64,000 nucleotides of DNA, from NCBI GenBank assembly GCA_963803145.1, contig CAWDLW010000026.1, positions 33,288 through 97,287 on the forward strand. Reading direction: 5' to 3'. The stretch is from Methanotrichaceae archaeon. Lineage in GTDB: Archaea; Halobacteriota; Methanosarcinia; Methanotrichales; Methanotrichaceae. A program made the position numbers and the translations under genes. Under the pieces are notes generated by a model. The model was given only the letters and a program-made list of their open reading frames with translations. It was not told where the DNA came from and ran no database searches. Shown one piece after another: positions 28,773-38,879 of this stretch; the first letter of the stretch is position 1, and every line of letters begins with the position of its first letter.

Positions 28773-29978
28773 CTAGGGAGAGGGGAAAGTAGAGCTGCTT
28801 ATTTTTTTATATTTCTCTTCGCTCTCCTGCGACTCCTGACCGATCATATACCTCATCACACCCAGTGTCAGGATATTCACGCCTAGCCCCAGCAGCCCGT
28901 AGAACTGATAATCGAAGAACGTAAAGACTTGGACAAAGAAGATATATATCAAGACCGAGTTTTTGAAATAGTTATAGGCTTTTAACCGGTCCTTTCTTAT
29001 TCTGGATATCCCTGCCACGGCAAACATTCCTGCCAGAATGGTAAAGCCTATCTGCATCCAACCCATGATAGGAAGTGCCGGCAACTCTAAGCCAACAAAC
29101 GAATCGGCTAGTGCGGATACCAGCATTAAAGTGGCCAAGACATAAAATACTCGTATCAATTTTGACTTTCTGGACTGAAACGATCTATAAATTCCCATGA
29201 GTATAACTGCAATGATAGTCCAAAAGATTCCGTTGTAGATTCCGATTGTTAGATCCAGCGAGACCAAGAGCGATACCACTGCCTGGACTAAGAAAAAGCC
29301 CACTAGCACTTTGGTAAACCACCTCTTCTTAACTATGTCCTGGTAAAATCTGCGCGCCTGTCTCTTTGTCTGTGCATATATCCCAGGACCTTCCTCAGGC
29401 GCTGACTCTATTGTGCCCATGAGATCCTTAAGCGATTTTACAACAGGATCCAATTGATCGCTATCGGCAAGGAGATCCATGGATATCTGCTTCTCCCTCA
29501 TATCCATGTTCTTGAGAACGGCCTCTTTGGAGATCTCCAGCACATTAATGAGCCTTTCCTCCTCAGTAAGCCACCTTCTGCTGTTGATTTTCTTTACAAG
29601 AGCATACAGAAGTATAAATGTGACATATATCAGGCCAACTGTCGGCAGGAAGAAGTAGTTGTTATCGCTGGTTATAAACTTCCCTAGCTCATCGATGAAG
29701 GCGCCAAAGCCGAAACCGCCCAAGATAGCAGCCAGATTGCGTGCAGATCTGTTGAGGAAGGAGAGGAGGATCACAATGCCTATAAGCATAAATATTCCGC
29801 CGATGAGCACATGGGCAATATGAAGGCCATGGCCACCCACCTGCGGATAGCCGGTCATTGCCAGAAAGAAGCGTATGCCAAGGATAGAGGCTACTGCAGT
29901 GACCAGGAAAAGCTCGATGATGTTCTCTCCCTGGATGTCGCGAACAAACTGCCCATCTAAATAGCCGCGGGAACTCAT
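28773..29978 (-). CDS. Conserved hypothetical polytopic membrane protein
   Basis: GYPQVGGHGLHIAH, FIDELGKFITSDNNYF and multiple TM helices. Confidence 0.75.
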   Translation of the reverse strand: MSSRGYLDGQFVRDIQGENIIELFLVTAVASILGIRFFLAMTGYPQVGGHGLHIAHVLIGGIFMLIGIVILLSFLNRSARNLAAILGGFGFGAFIDELGKFITSDNNYFFLPTVGLIYVTFILLYALVKKINSRRWLTEEERLINVLEISKEAVLKNMDMREKQISMDLLADSDQLDPVVKSLKDLMGTIESAPEEGPGIYAQTKRQARRFYQDIVKKRWFTKVLVGFFLVQAVVSLLVSLDLTIGIYNGIFWTIIAVILMGIYRSFQSRKSKLIRVFYVLATLMLVSALADSFVGLELPALPIMGWMQIGFTILAGMFAVAGISRIRKDRLKAYNYFKNSVLIYIFFVQVFTFFDYQFYGLLGLGVNILTLGVMRYMIGQESQESEEKYKKISSSTFPSP

Positions 29979-30135
29979 CTACACCAAGTTTCTAAATTTA
30001 GTATTGATAAGTCTAATAAATATTTGTTGCGATTTGGAGAAAGTCTAGGATCATTCCCAGTAAAAGCCAGATAAATATGCTACAAGATGGTATCCAAGCA
30101 TTATTGCAGGCAAAACTTCAATTTAAAGGTTTATG

Positions 30136-31509
30136 TCACGATATTATTTTGGCGTCATTTCCGATGATCAGTCTATCAAGTCTGCTAACCATTATCAAGA
30201 GCACTGCAGAAACTGCCATACCCAGTAGAGGATATATCTGGCCGAAGAGCAGCGCCGTAGTACCCCCGCCAATAAGCGCAGCCAATGCACCATGCGGCGT
30301 AAGGCCGAGCTGCTTGTGATAAAAGCCTGCTATCACAGGAATAAGCATGCCATTTGTAAAGACTGTATAGACTATCAGGAGTGTTTTAATTATATTCGGC
30401 AGGGAGATCGCTAATATTAGAGCCGAGAATCCAATCAATAAAACTCCAAGCCTTGAGATCGCCATCAGAACTCTCTCACTTGATTTTGGCTTGGCTTTCC
30501 TATAGATATCCAATGTTAGGATTGATGTAGCTGTCATAAGGCTCGTATCTGCAGAAGACATAAAGGCTGCAAGAAGCGCCGCTGCTACTACACCAGCCAT
30601 AGAAGGCGATAAAAGTCCTGTCATAAGCACAGGTATAGCCTGCTCTGGCGATATATTCGGGTAAATGGATCTCGCGAAAATGCCCAATGAAGTTATGAGG
30701 AACGCCAGAGGAATAAGAATAAATGCTGATATCATAGCAGATTTCTTTGCAATCTCTGCGCTTTGTGCCGAGAAGAGGCGCGAGTACATGTCAGGCCCTA
30801 CAAGGTAGACCGAGCCCACAACGATCAGCATGGATGTGACATCCCATATACCCATCTGCGCCGACGTCGGAAAGCTCTGGCGAATAAGTGCGCTTGGCCC
30901 TACAGCATCCATCGACTTTGAGAACAGGATCAGGATTCCAACTATTATTATCAGGAACTGTACTAAGTCGGTTTTTACAACCGATACCTGTCCTCCATGG
31001 ATCGTATAAAGGATGAAGACTGCAGTACAGACTGCCATATAAAAGATTTCACTACCACCGAGAAGCGCAACGAGCACCTTTCCTGAGGCAACTATCTGAA
31101 CTGCGATGACACCAAGCCAAGAGATGGCTATGAGGATGGATGCAACTGCTCTCGCTTTATCCCCATAAAAGGAGCCTACCAGCTCAGGCAAAGTGTAGCA
31201 CCCGGTTGCCCTGATCTTTCCTGCAAATAAAGCCGATAGAACAATAAGGCCCACTGTGCCTGAGAGCATCCACCAGGCGCCAGGGAGGCCCTTGCTGAAG
31301 CCTAGTCCTGCCATGCCTAAAGTAGCGGAAGCACCCAATATGGTGGCACAGAATGTGCCTGTAAGAAGGATAGGTTTTAGGCTTCTGCTGGCAACATGGA
31401 ACTCATCAAGCCCTGGCCTTACTAGTCCTATGGCATCTATAAAAAGCATCAACAACAAATACACTACTACTATTACCGCAGCAATGTTTATGCCCAGGTC
31501 CACGCTCAT
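30136..31509 (-). CDS. Sodium:solute symporter; candidate biotin transporter
   Basis: ATILGASATLG, YTLPEL, GGQVSVVKTD and AAFMSSADT motifs; upstream BirA-like operator. Confidence 0.88.
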   Translation of the reverse strand: MSVDLGINIAAVIVVVYLLLMLFIDAIGLVRPGLDEFHVASRSLKPILLTGTFCATILGASATLGMAGLGFSKGLPGAWWMLSGTVGLIVLSALFAGKIRATGCYTLPELVGSFYGDKARAVASILIAISWLGVIAVQIVASGKVLVALLGGSEIFYMAVCTAVFILYTIHGGQVSVVKTDLVQFLIIIVGILILFSKSMDAVGPSALIRQSFPTSAQMGIWDVTSMLIVVGSVYLVGPDMYSRLFSAQSAEIAKKSAMISAFILIPLAFLITSLGIFARSIYPNISPEQAIPVLMTGLLSPSMAGVVAAALLAAFMSSADTSLMTATSILTLDIYRKAKPKSSERVLMAISRLGVLLIGFSALILAISLPNIIKTLLIVYTVFTNGMLIPVIAGFYHKQLGLTPHGALAALIGGGTTALLFGQIYPLLGMAVSAVLLIMVSRLDRLIIGNDAKIIS

Positions 31510-31524
31510 CTAAGTCCACCGAAG

Positions 31525-31559
31525 ATTGTAAACCCCTTTTGCGGAAGTAGGTTTACAAT
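31525..31559. promoter_or_regulatory. BirA-type operator (bioO-like palindrome)
   Basis: ATTGTAAACC-N15-GGTTTACAAT between the TATA-like TTATAA (31561-31566) and the start codon (31509). Confidence 0.8.
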
Positions 31560-31804
31560 GTTATAAAGCTTGCGCCATAATCTAAGCCATAACATCCTAT
31601 TTCATAACATATATCATAGCCTATGTATGTGCCTCCATAACTTCCAAAGAAGCATTATTCCCTTGATTACTTATCCGAAAATATGAATTATCAGCCAATT
31701 CCATTTGAGTCTTTAAACGGATATAGATAAAATAATTAGGCTTATCTAGATATGCTCTAACTATACACAATCTTTATATTCAAAATATTGCTATAAAGAC
31801 ATGG

Positions 31805-32206
31805 GTGAGTAGGATGGAGCTTCGTTTAGAGAACTATGTTCTCAAGGCATTTCTAGCCTCTACACTTCTATCCCTGGTAATGATAGCGCTCGCTATGGGG
31901 CTGATCTATCTCTTCAAGTTTGGATCATCGCTTCCTGTATCTATAATTTTAATCCTTGCAGCGGTATCCTTCGTCCTTTCGGCATCATTCTTTGAGAGGT
32001 ATGAGGTTGGATCAATAATTTGGTCTATGCTCGTCTCGATAATAATCACGCTCATACTGACACTTATATCCGGAGGCATGATCTACTTCATCTCTCTGAA
32101 CAGGCCTGGCTGGGAGGAAATGCTATCTGGCCTAGCGGTATCCATGATCGTATCTATGACACTCCTTAATTACCTCAAGCGCAGCTTGGGAGAGATTGAA
32201 TACTAA
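31805..32206 (+). CDS. Small 4-TM hypothetical membrane protein
   Basis: Four hydrophobic helices; upstream TTTATA box near 31773. Confidence 0.7.
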   Translation: MSRMELRLENYVLKAFLASTLLSLVMIALAMGLIYLFKFGSSLPVSIILILAAVSFVLSASFFERYEVGSIIWSMLVSIIITLILTLISGGMIYFISLNRPGWEEMLSGLAVSMIVSMTLLNYLKRSLGEIEY

Positions 32207-32250
32207 CAGGAAATATATTTTTAAAAATTAAAGCGATATTGACATTATCG

Positions 32251-32913
32251 TTATGGGCATGGCAATGTCAATACTGATTGGTTACCGGCCACAACCTCAG
32301 AATTAATTTCAGTATACCCGAGGTAGTTTCCACTCATGATAAAGGAAGGCACTGTTTGAGCGTTCTTCTGCACCCTTGTGCCAATATGGGCCGTTCCCTG
32401 GACCTCCGAATCGATATCGTAGATTGAAGTGTTGTTGTTTTCGTAGATGGTTGTATCTTTGATCAGATTTTGGATATTAGAATAAGATTCCGAGAACACT
32501 GAGCCTACTGCATAGTTTTTGGCGCAGAGGGCATTTCGCAGATCGCTCTGCGTAAGAGGCGGTGTATAGGGCTTATAATCGTATTCAGCCGATTCTGTGA
32601 TGTCTGCCTCATTCATACAAGAATCGCTATAGACCGACGAATCTATGGTCCTCGTAGAAGTTCCGCTGCCACTAGCCGTGAGGGCGATCTTCGAGCCGCT
32701 AAAGCCCATTTGAGTCTGAAGTACTCTCGAGTCGGACATATAGCCATTATTGAAAATCCATGAGTGCTCCGTGTAGTTTTGAGCAATAGTATCCGTAGCT
32801 GCGGAGCCCATTGAAGTAATAATAATGTATGCTATGAATACCAACAATGCAGTAAGCGACCGTCTCAGCACTTTTCCACCCTCTGGGCTATAGTGAAGAT
32901 ACAGGAATATCAA
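32251..32913 (-). CDS. Secreted S/T-rich hypothetical protein
   Basis: Signal-like segment (RRSLTALLVFIAYIIITSMGSA), beta-rich composition, C-terminal PCP; the true start may be downstream of 32913. Confidence 0.7.
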   Translation of the reverse strand: MIFLYLHYSPEGGKVLRRSLTALLVFIAYIIITSMGSAATDTIAQNYTEHSWIFNNGYMSDSRVLQTQMGFSGSKIALTASGSGTSTRTIDSSVYSDSCMNEADITESAEYDYKPYTPPLTQSDLRNALCAKNYAVGSVFSESYSNIQNLIKDTTIYENNNTSIYDIDSEVQGTAHIGTRVQKNAQTVPSFIMSGNYLGYTEINSEVVAGNQSVLTLPCP

Positions 32914-33142
32914 TTTGATCCTTGGGCGTATTCAGCATGATTTCGTCTTATTCCTAGTAGAGATCTAATATTTGGCATATAGTAGCGGTCTGCTATTGAT
33001 ACGTGTAGATGGGAGAATATTAATGCTAATATTATGCAATGATTGCAAAATCGGCTGATAATTCCACTTGGATCTGGTATCGGTTAATCGAAAAAGTTCT
33101 TATATGATTAATGGTTATTAAACCCCGGGGATGGAATAAATT

Positions 33143-34084
33143 ATGGAAAAAATGCTATCTCTGGCGGTAATAGGGCTTTTGCTGCTATCTTTTAATGCTA
33201 ATGCCGGATGGCAAAAGCTATGGACCGAGCCTGTATCCTTAGTTGTTGTAAACCATGATCAGTATCATAATACGACCGATCTCTTTGCTGTAAAGAAGAG
33301 CACCAAAGAGATTTATGAATACAAAGGTTCGCCTAACGATTGGCAGCGCATAGGGACTTCCAGCAAAATGTATGCTGCAGCTGGAGGAGATCTATTTAAG
33401 ACCGACCTAGGTGGCGTAGGCGTTTTCGTCTATTCTGGTCAGCCTGACTATTGGAAGCAGATCGGAGGGCCTGCAGGCAATATCTATGGCGGCGGCGGTA
33501 AGCTCTATGCAACTAATCCCGATACAGGAGAGATTTATGAGTATAAGGGAACGCCCAATGAATGGACAAAGATAGGCGGGCCCGGCAAGACCTTTGAGGC
33601 AGGAGGAGCTTATGGAGTCCCTATTCCCGGTCCAGGGGGGGATGTAGGTAAAGCCACGCTCTACAGCATATCTCCGGCGGGAGAAGCAGTATGGGAGTAC
33701 TCCGGCACACCTGAGCAGTGGCGGCAAATAGGCGGGCCCTCTAAGGAAATTTATGCCGGAGGATCCCACCTCTATTCAATTGAGCCGACAAGTGGCGATA
33801 TCTACTCATACTCTGGAACTCCTAATAACTGGATAGATATAGGCATGCCTGGAAGGGATTTCGTTGTGGATGTCATAGGATGCGGGGAGATCCCACTAGG
33901 AAAGACAACTCTTTACGGCCTCTCAGGCGACGGAAAGCAGATATGGAGATATGAGGGAAAAGCAGGCCAGTGGACGCAGATAAAGACGAGCGGCTTCAAC
34001 ACTCCTCTGAAGAAAATTTATGCCGGAGGCGGTCAGCTTTTCACGATCACAGAGAATGACATGTTATACAAATATGTTCCTTAA
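33143..34084 (+). CDS. Secreted tectonin/tachylectin-like beta-propeller repeat protein
   Basis: Six YxGxPxxWxxIG(GP)-type repeats; signal peptide. Confidence 0.75.
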   Translation: MEKMLSLAVIGLLLLSFNANAGWQKLWTEPVSLVVVNHDQYHNTTDLFAVKKSTKEIYEYKGSPNDWQRIGTSSKMYAAAGGDLFKTDLGGVGVFVYSGQPDYWKQIGGPAGNIYGGGGKLYATNPDTGEIYEYKGTPNEWTKIGGPGKTFEAGGAYGVPIPGPGGDVGKATLYSISPAGEAVWEYSGTPEQWRQIGGPSKEIYAGGSHLYSIEPTSGDIYSYSGTPNNWIDIGMPGRDFVVDVIGCGEIPLGKTTLYGLSGDGKQIWRYEGKAGQWTQIKTSGFNTPLKKIYAGGGQLFTITENDMLYKYVP

Positions 34085-34251
34085 GATCAAACCTAGGCAT
34101 CTATGGCAGGGACAAATCTGCCCCTTCTTTTTAGGCTGAAATTAGCAAATGCTATTTAAATGAAAGATCTGATATTCACCGTTTGCGATCTATAAGTTAT
34201 ATCCCGTACACTAAGATACTAATACTAGTCATTATGTAGCAGCTGATTAAA

Positions 34252-35169
34252 ATGACTCTGGTGGACTGCTTTGGCCGGAAGGCAACTGGCCTCCGAGTGG
34301 CCCTCACTGCCCGATGCAACCTCAGATGCATCTACTGCCATCATGAAGGTGATGTACCGCATGAGAGCGAGATATCTGGCGAGATGGTGGCGAGCATAGC
34401 CAGAGCTGCTGCGGATCTGGGCATGCATGCCATAAAGTTCACCGGAGGAGAGCCCTTGATGCGCAAGGATCTTGAGCACCTGATCTCTCAAATTCCCAAG
34501 GGTATAGATACCTCAATAACCACCAACGGTATATTCCTGGCTGAAAGGGCGCAGCCATTGGCCGATGCTGGTCTCGGAAGGGTCAACGTAAGCCTGGATT
34601 CGTTGAGGCCGGAAGTTTTCAGATCGATTACCGGATGCAAAGAGGGCGACCTTGAGAGGGTGATCGCAGGAATAAATTCAGCCAGAGATGCAGGCCTTGA
34701 GCCGATAAAGCTGAATGTTGTCGTTCTCCGCAAAAACGAAAAGGAGATTCCTGAGCTGATCGAGTTCGCCAGGCAGAACGGCATGATACTGCAGCTCATT
34801 GAACTGCTGGACCTAAAGGGTCTTGGGATCTCAGGGGATATCGATAGGATAGAACGAGGCCTTCAGGCCAGCTCCGATCGCGTCCTTACAAGAGAGATGC
34901 ATCGCAGGAAGAAGTATTTCCTGGATGGCGCTGAGGTAGAGGTCGTGAGACCAATAGATAACACTGAATTCTGCGCCAACTGCACTCGTCTGAGGATAAC
35001 ATCCGATGGCAAGATCAAGCCATGCCTTCTTAGGAATGATAATCTGGTAAACATCGATTCCTGCGATTGCGAGCGTATCAAGGAGCTGCTCAAGGTTGCA
35101 AATGCACGCAGGGAACCTTACTTCGGGAAGAAGACGCAGGACGATGTGGTTGTGAGAACGATCGGCTAG
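34252..35169 (+). CDS. moaA: GTP 3',8-cyclase (molybdopterin biosynthesis)
   Basis: CNLRCIYCHHEG, FTGGEP and FCANCTRLRITSDGKIKPCL motifs. Confidence 0.95.
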   Translation: MTLVDCFGRKATGLRVALTARCNLRCIYCHHEGDVPHESEISGEMVASIARAAADLGMHAIKFTGGEPLMRKDLEHLISQIPKGIDTSITTNGIFLAERAQPLADAGLGRVNVSLDSLRPEVFRSITGCKEGDLERVIAGINSARDAGLEPIKLNVVVLRKNEKEIPELIEFARQNGMILQLIELLDLKGLGISGDIDRIERGLQASSDRVLTREMHRRKKYFLDGAEVEVVRPIDNTEFCANCTRLRITSDGKIKPCLLRNDNLVNIDSCDCERIKELLKVANARREPYFGKKTQDDVVVRTIG

Positions 35170-35181
35170 ATAGGGCAAACG

Positions 35182-35682
35182 CTAACGTGATGCTCCCGAA
35201 GACTCCATAGTGGAAATACAGCTTCCATTAACGCAGGTCGTGTTAGAATGACAGATCTTCTTGCACCCACCGCAGTTTTGGTCGTCATAGCCGATATATA
35301 GGCATGTTCCATTGCAAGGAATAGCTCCTTCCGGACATGAACATTCACCATTTATACAATAAAGGCCGCTAGGACATCTGTTTCCACATGAACCACAGTT
35401 AGCAGGATCAATGCTTATATCGACACAGGTCCCATTACAAATAGGCTGCCCAGACAGGCATGAACATGTTCCATTGATGCAGGTCTTTCCTAGAGGACAA
35501 GTATTCCCACATGAGCCACAGTTCAATTCATCCATCTTAGTATTTGCACACTCTCCACCACATAAGGTTGAACTTGCTTGGCATGAGGATGCATCGGATT
35601 CAGCCGTGAAATTATTATTAATCCCCAATAAAAGCAATGCAAAGATTACAAGCATTATACATTTTAAATTTGCTTTTACCAT
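35182..35682 (-). CDS. Secreted Cys-rich repeat protein (Stig1/MXAN_6577-like)
   Basis: Three C-x-G-x-C...D-x-x-NCG-x-C...C...C-x-NG-x-C repeats after a signal peptide. Confidence 0.75.
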   Translation of the reverse strand: MVKANLKCIMLVIFALLLLGINNNFTAESDASSCQASSTLCGGECANTKMDELNCGSCGNTCPLGKTCINGTCSCLSGQPICNGTCVDISIDPANCGSCGNRCPSGLYCINGECSCPEGAIPCNGTCLYIGYDDQNCGGCKKICHSNTTCVNGSCISTMESSGASR

Positions 35683-36093
35683 TACCTCACCTTTAGAGAT
35701 ATTATTTTTCGCTACATTCAGAGATTGATGCAGTAAAACTCAATACATATTATTCTTTTTTCCATATAAGGATTGTCTTGATGATTTGTAAAATTGGTTT
35801 TATGCTAGATCTCAGTCTTAATCATTCCTCAAAGCCTACCTGATGAGATCCATTGGGCGCTAATCAGTTATGACCAAAGGATGAAAAGAGTGAGCTGAAA
35901 GCGGCAATATTGGATTAATGCCGAATGAGCTAGTAGATGAAATGAATAGTTTCCACTCTCCTCTTTCACTGCCATGAAATCATAGAAGACATATTCCCTA
36001 TCCGAATAACATAGGTCATGTTAAAACCGCATTCCGAGCAAAAGTATTTTCATATAGCAGTAGTAAACTTACCAAATCAGTTGGGTGGGATAA

Positions 36094-36510
36094 ATGAGGA
36101 ATATCTTACTAATATTTGCCCTTATCTTGGCTTTGATCTCCCTGGCAGCGGCTGTAGGCACGCCGGGAGTCGAGATGAAGCCAGGTGAGGCTCAGGCTGA
36201 GAAACTCTTTGAAAAAGGCATTGGCCAGCCCTGGGTTGGAGGAAATCCGCCATGGTATCAGGGATCTTATGGAAAATATAATCCGCCTTTAACTCTGCCG
36301 ATCAAGAAGAGCATTGCAAGCAGCATTCACTACTATCCGCTGGGAACAGTCTATGGCAATGGATACCTGACGATCGGTTATGGTCCGGGCGCATTGACGA
36401 TACCCTACAGCCCTTCAGGCTATTATCAGGTATTCGGATGCTATGATAATAGCGGAAGACTTATTGGGGTTTACATTGATCTTGCAGGATATTATAGCGG
36501 AGGATACTAA
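36094..36510 (+). CDS. Secreted Gly/Tyr-rich hypothetical protein
   Basis: Clear signal peptide, GGTGG RBS and a downstream hairpin. Confidence 0.7.
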   Translation: MRNILLIFALILALISLAAAVGTPGVEMKPGEAQAEKLFEKGIGQPWVGGNPPWYQGSYGKYNPPLTLPIKKSIASSIHYYPLGTVYGNGYLTIGYGPGALTIPYSPSGYYQVFGCYDNSGRLIGVYIDLAGYYSGGY

Positions 36511-36573
36511 GAACAATTAGGGTGACATACCTCACCCATTTCTTGGGATAATCTAAATCAAAATCATCGAAAT

Positions 36574-37525
36574 CTATTTTGGCTCACACCTTCCGATTCT
36601 GTGCTCGTATCCCTTAGGCTGTATCCTTTTTCTCTTTCCATGAGATTCCATCAAGATTCCCTCCTCAATCACCGCTCCAATTATCGTGAAATCGCACGCA
36701 TCTCTTGCAGCCTCCAACCTGTCCGGTTTTACTGTGAACACCAGCTCGAAATCTCCGCCAGCGCTGAGCACTAAGTTTAGCGCTTCTTCATGACCGACCA
36801 TCTCCTCGATCCCCGGAGCAATTGGAATAGCCTCCTCTTCGACAGCGAATCCAACGCCGCTTACCTCCGATAAATCGGATAGCGAAAGCGCAAGACCATC
36901 GCTGTTATCCATCATTGCTGTAGCTGCCCTGGAGAGCGCCAGAGCACGCCCCTCCTTCATCCTGGGCTGCGGCTCAAGCAGGTTTTTGACGAACTTATTT
37001 TCCGGATCGCCATGCTTCCAGGCCCATAACCCTGCGCCTGCACCACCCAAAGCGCCTGTGGTGCACAGCAGATCTCCAGGCTCGAGCGCCGCTGCGCCTC
37101 AAGACAAGATCCTTCTCGACAAATCCAAAGGCACAACCCGTGAGGTTCAGCTCTTTCGGCGAATCCATATCTCCGCCCAGAACTTTTGTGCCATATTTAT
37201 CAGCACAGTCTTTGAAGCCCTGGAAAAGCTGATCAATGAAGAAGAGCTCAGTCTCGGGAGGAATGCCTGCGGCTATTAAAATGCCTGCGGGCTCAGCTCC
37301 CATGGAAGCGACATCGCTCAGATTGACTGCAACAGTCATCCAGCCGATCTGCCAGGGCGTCATAATCTCAGGAAAATCGGTTTCGCGATGGAGCATATCT
37401 GTAGTTACCGCAAAAAAGCGATCGCCTGAATCTATCAAGGCGCAATCATCGTTGACTATACCGCCAAGGATTTTGGAAATACGCCTTATAAGCTCCCTTT
37501 CGCCTAGCTCTCTGCAGTTGGACAT
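36574..37525 (-). CDS. thiL: Thiamine-monophosphate kinase, split by a +1 frameshift near 37080
   Basis: DDCA, VNLSDVASMGA, LGGD and RSGA in ORF1; MMDNSDGL, GGDFELVFT and GYEH in ORF2. Confidence 0.88.
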
Positions 37526-37590
37526 CGTGAACCTCTAAACTCTGGACTCTATTTAAATTTCCTTATCTTGCCTAAGCAGTCACAAGGTTC

Positions 37591-38547
37591 GTGAACTACC
37601 CCACCCTGAAGGGCAAGGCTTCCCACTTCATCGCCAGAACTTTCATCACAGATATGTGATGTAGAGGTTTTGGCTCTATGGGCGCTACGGGCTGTTCCAT
37701 CCCTGCGATGAGTATGTTTCTAGAAGCATTATAGTCTCTATCACATGTGAACCCGCAATAAAGGCACTTATGTACCCTATTAGAGAGTTCTTTCCTAACA
37801 ATGCTTCCGCAATTGGAGCACCTCTGAGTAGTGTTCCTGGGATCTACTTTGATCAGCCTTCGACCAGCACTTTCAGCCTTGTACGAAAGCATGAATATGA
37901 ATTTTGACCAGGCTGCATCGTGGATATTCCGATGCATATCTTTGTTATGGCCTTTTTCCTTCAGGCCCTTGACATCCAGATCTTCAACACAGATGTAATC
38001 ATAGTTATTGACATAGAATCTTGATAGCTTATGTCACCTATCTTGGAAAGGTGTAATCGGCCATGATCCTGATCTATCTTGAAGCCTGATTGGTTATAGT
38101 TCAGTGTCTTGTACCAGCCATATCCCTTGAACCGGAGAGTACCAACATCATAACCTTTTCTTTTCAAGGCGGCCAAACTCGAAATGTTGCTATGCAGTGT
38201 ATAGTTGACCATCTGAAGAGCTTTAGAGTAGACCAAGTTCAGCCTGGGATTCTCAAGCTTCAGAGAAGGTATCATGTTCTGAGTTTCATATGTACTGAGC
38301 TTGATGCCGTTCTCTCTGGCATCGTTCATCTTCTCAAGAAGTTTGTTATATAGCCATCTACAGTCATCCAAGGCTTCAGCTAACTTTTGTTGAGTCGTCC
38401 CATCGGGAAATATGGGATACTTGTAGCTGATAGCCATCGAATTCTATTCATTATAATTTATCATTATATTGATTACCCGCGCAGAGCGAAAGTAAGGGGA
38501 TAGGACTCCACTTTCATCCCAGCCCTGAAGGATGGGAGGTTCTCACT
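37591..38547 (-). mobile_element. tnpB: IS200/IS605-family tnpB-only element, internally deleted
   Basis: N-terminal HTH/REC ORF (37961-38437) and C-terminal EDL, CxxC/CxxC zinc finger and DRDYNA. The right end ...CCCTTCAGGGTGGGGTAGTTCAC ends at 37591, with a similar left hairpin near 38513-38547. RuvC-I is missing. Confidence 0.88.
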
Positions 38548-38606
38548 CCGTCCTCTCCACTCTTGCAAGCTAATTTTGTTTTATTGCTGACATAGAAACG
38601 ATATCC

Positions 38607-38647
38607 AACCACAAAGAGCGCAAAGTACACAAAGGACGTACAAAGAA
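38607..38647 (+). repeat. Dispersed repeat family B, half copy
   Basis: ACCACAAAG...CGCAAAG...CACAAAG periodic motif resembling 39826-39906. Confidence 0.55.
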
Positions 38648-38879
38648 CTTTTAATGAAGTCATAAGTGCTTTACCCATACTAAACACCGAAGAGCCTAAA
38701 TTTTAAATCGCTTTTATGGGATAATATGACCTTGGGCTTCATCCTTCAATCTTCTTAGCATCTTATTCTAGCTATTTATTCTAGCTCTTCCTCTTAGCTC
38801 AATTATCCCTGCTCAAGCAGAGATCCACGTTTGTGCACAGGGATGTGACCAGAGCAGCGTACAGTCTGCTATAAACGCT

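Noticed and set aside
37596-38437. Cas12f-like or catalytically dead TnpB-derived regulator
   Set aside because: There is no array, and the gene is broken by an out-of-frame deletion rather than by point changes in catalytic residues.
38780-38790. In-frame TAG as a pyrrolysine codon
   Set aside because: It lies in a signal-peptide-like segment, no in-frame start was found upstream, and no pyl genes are in the window.
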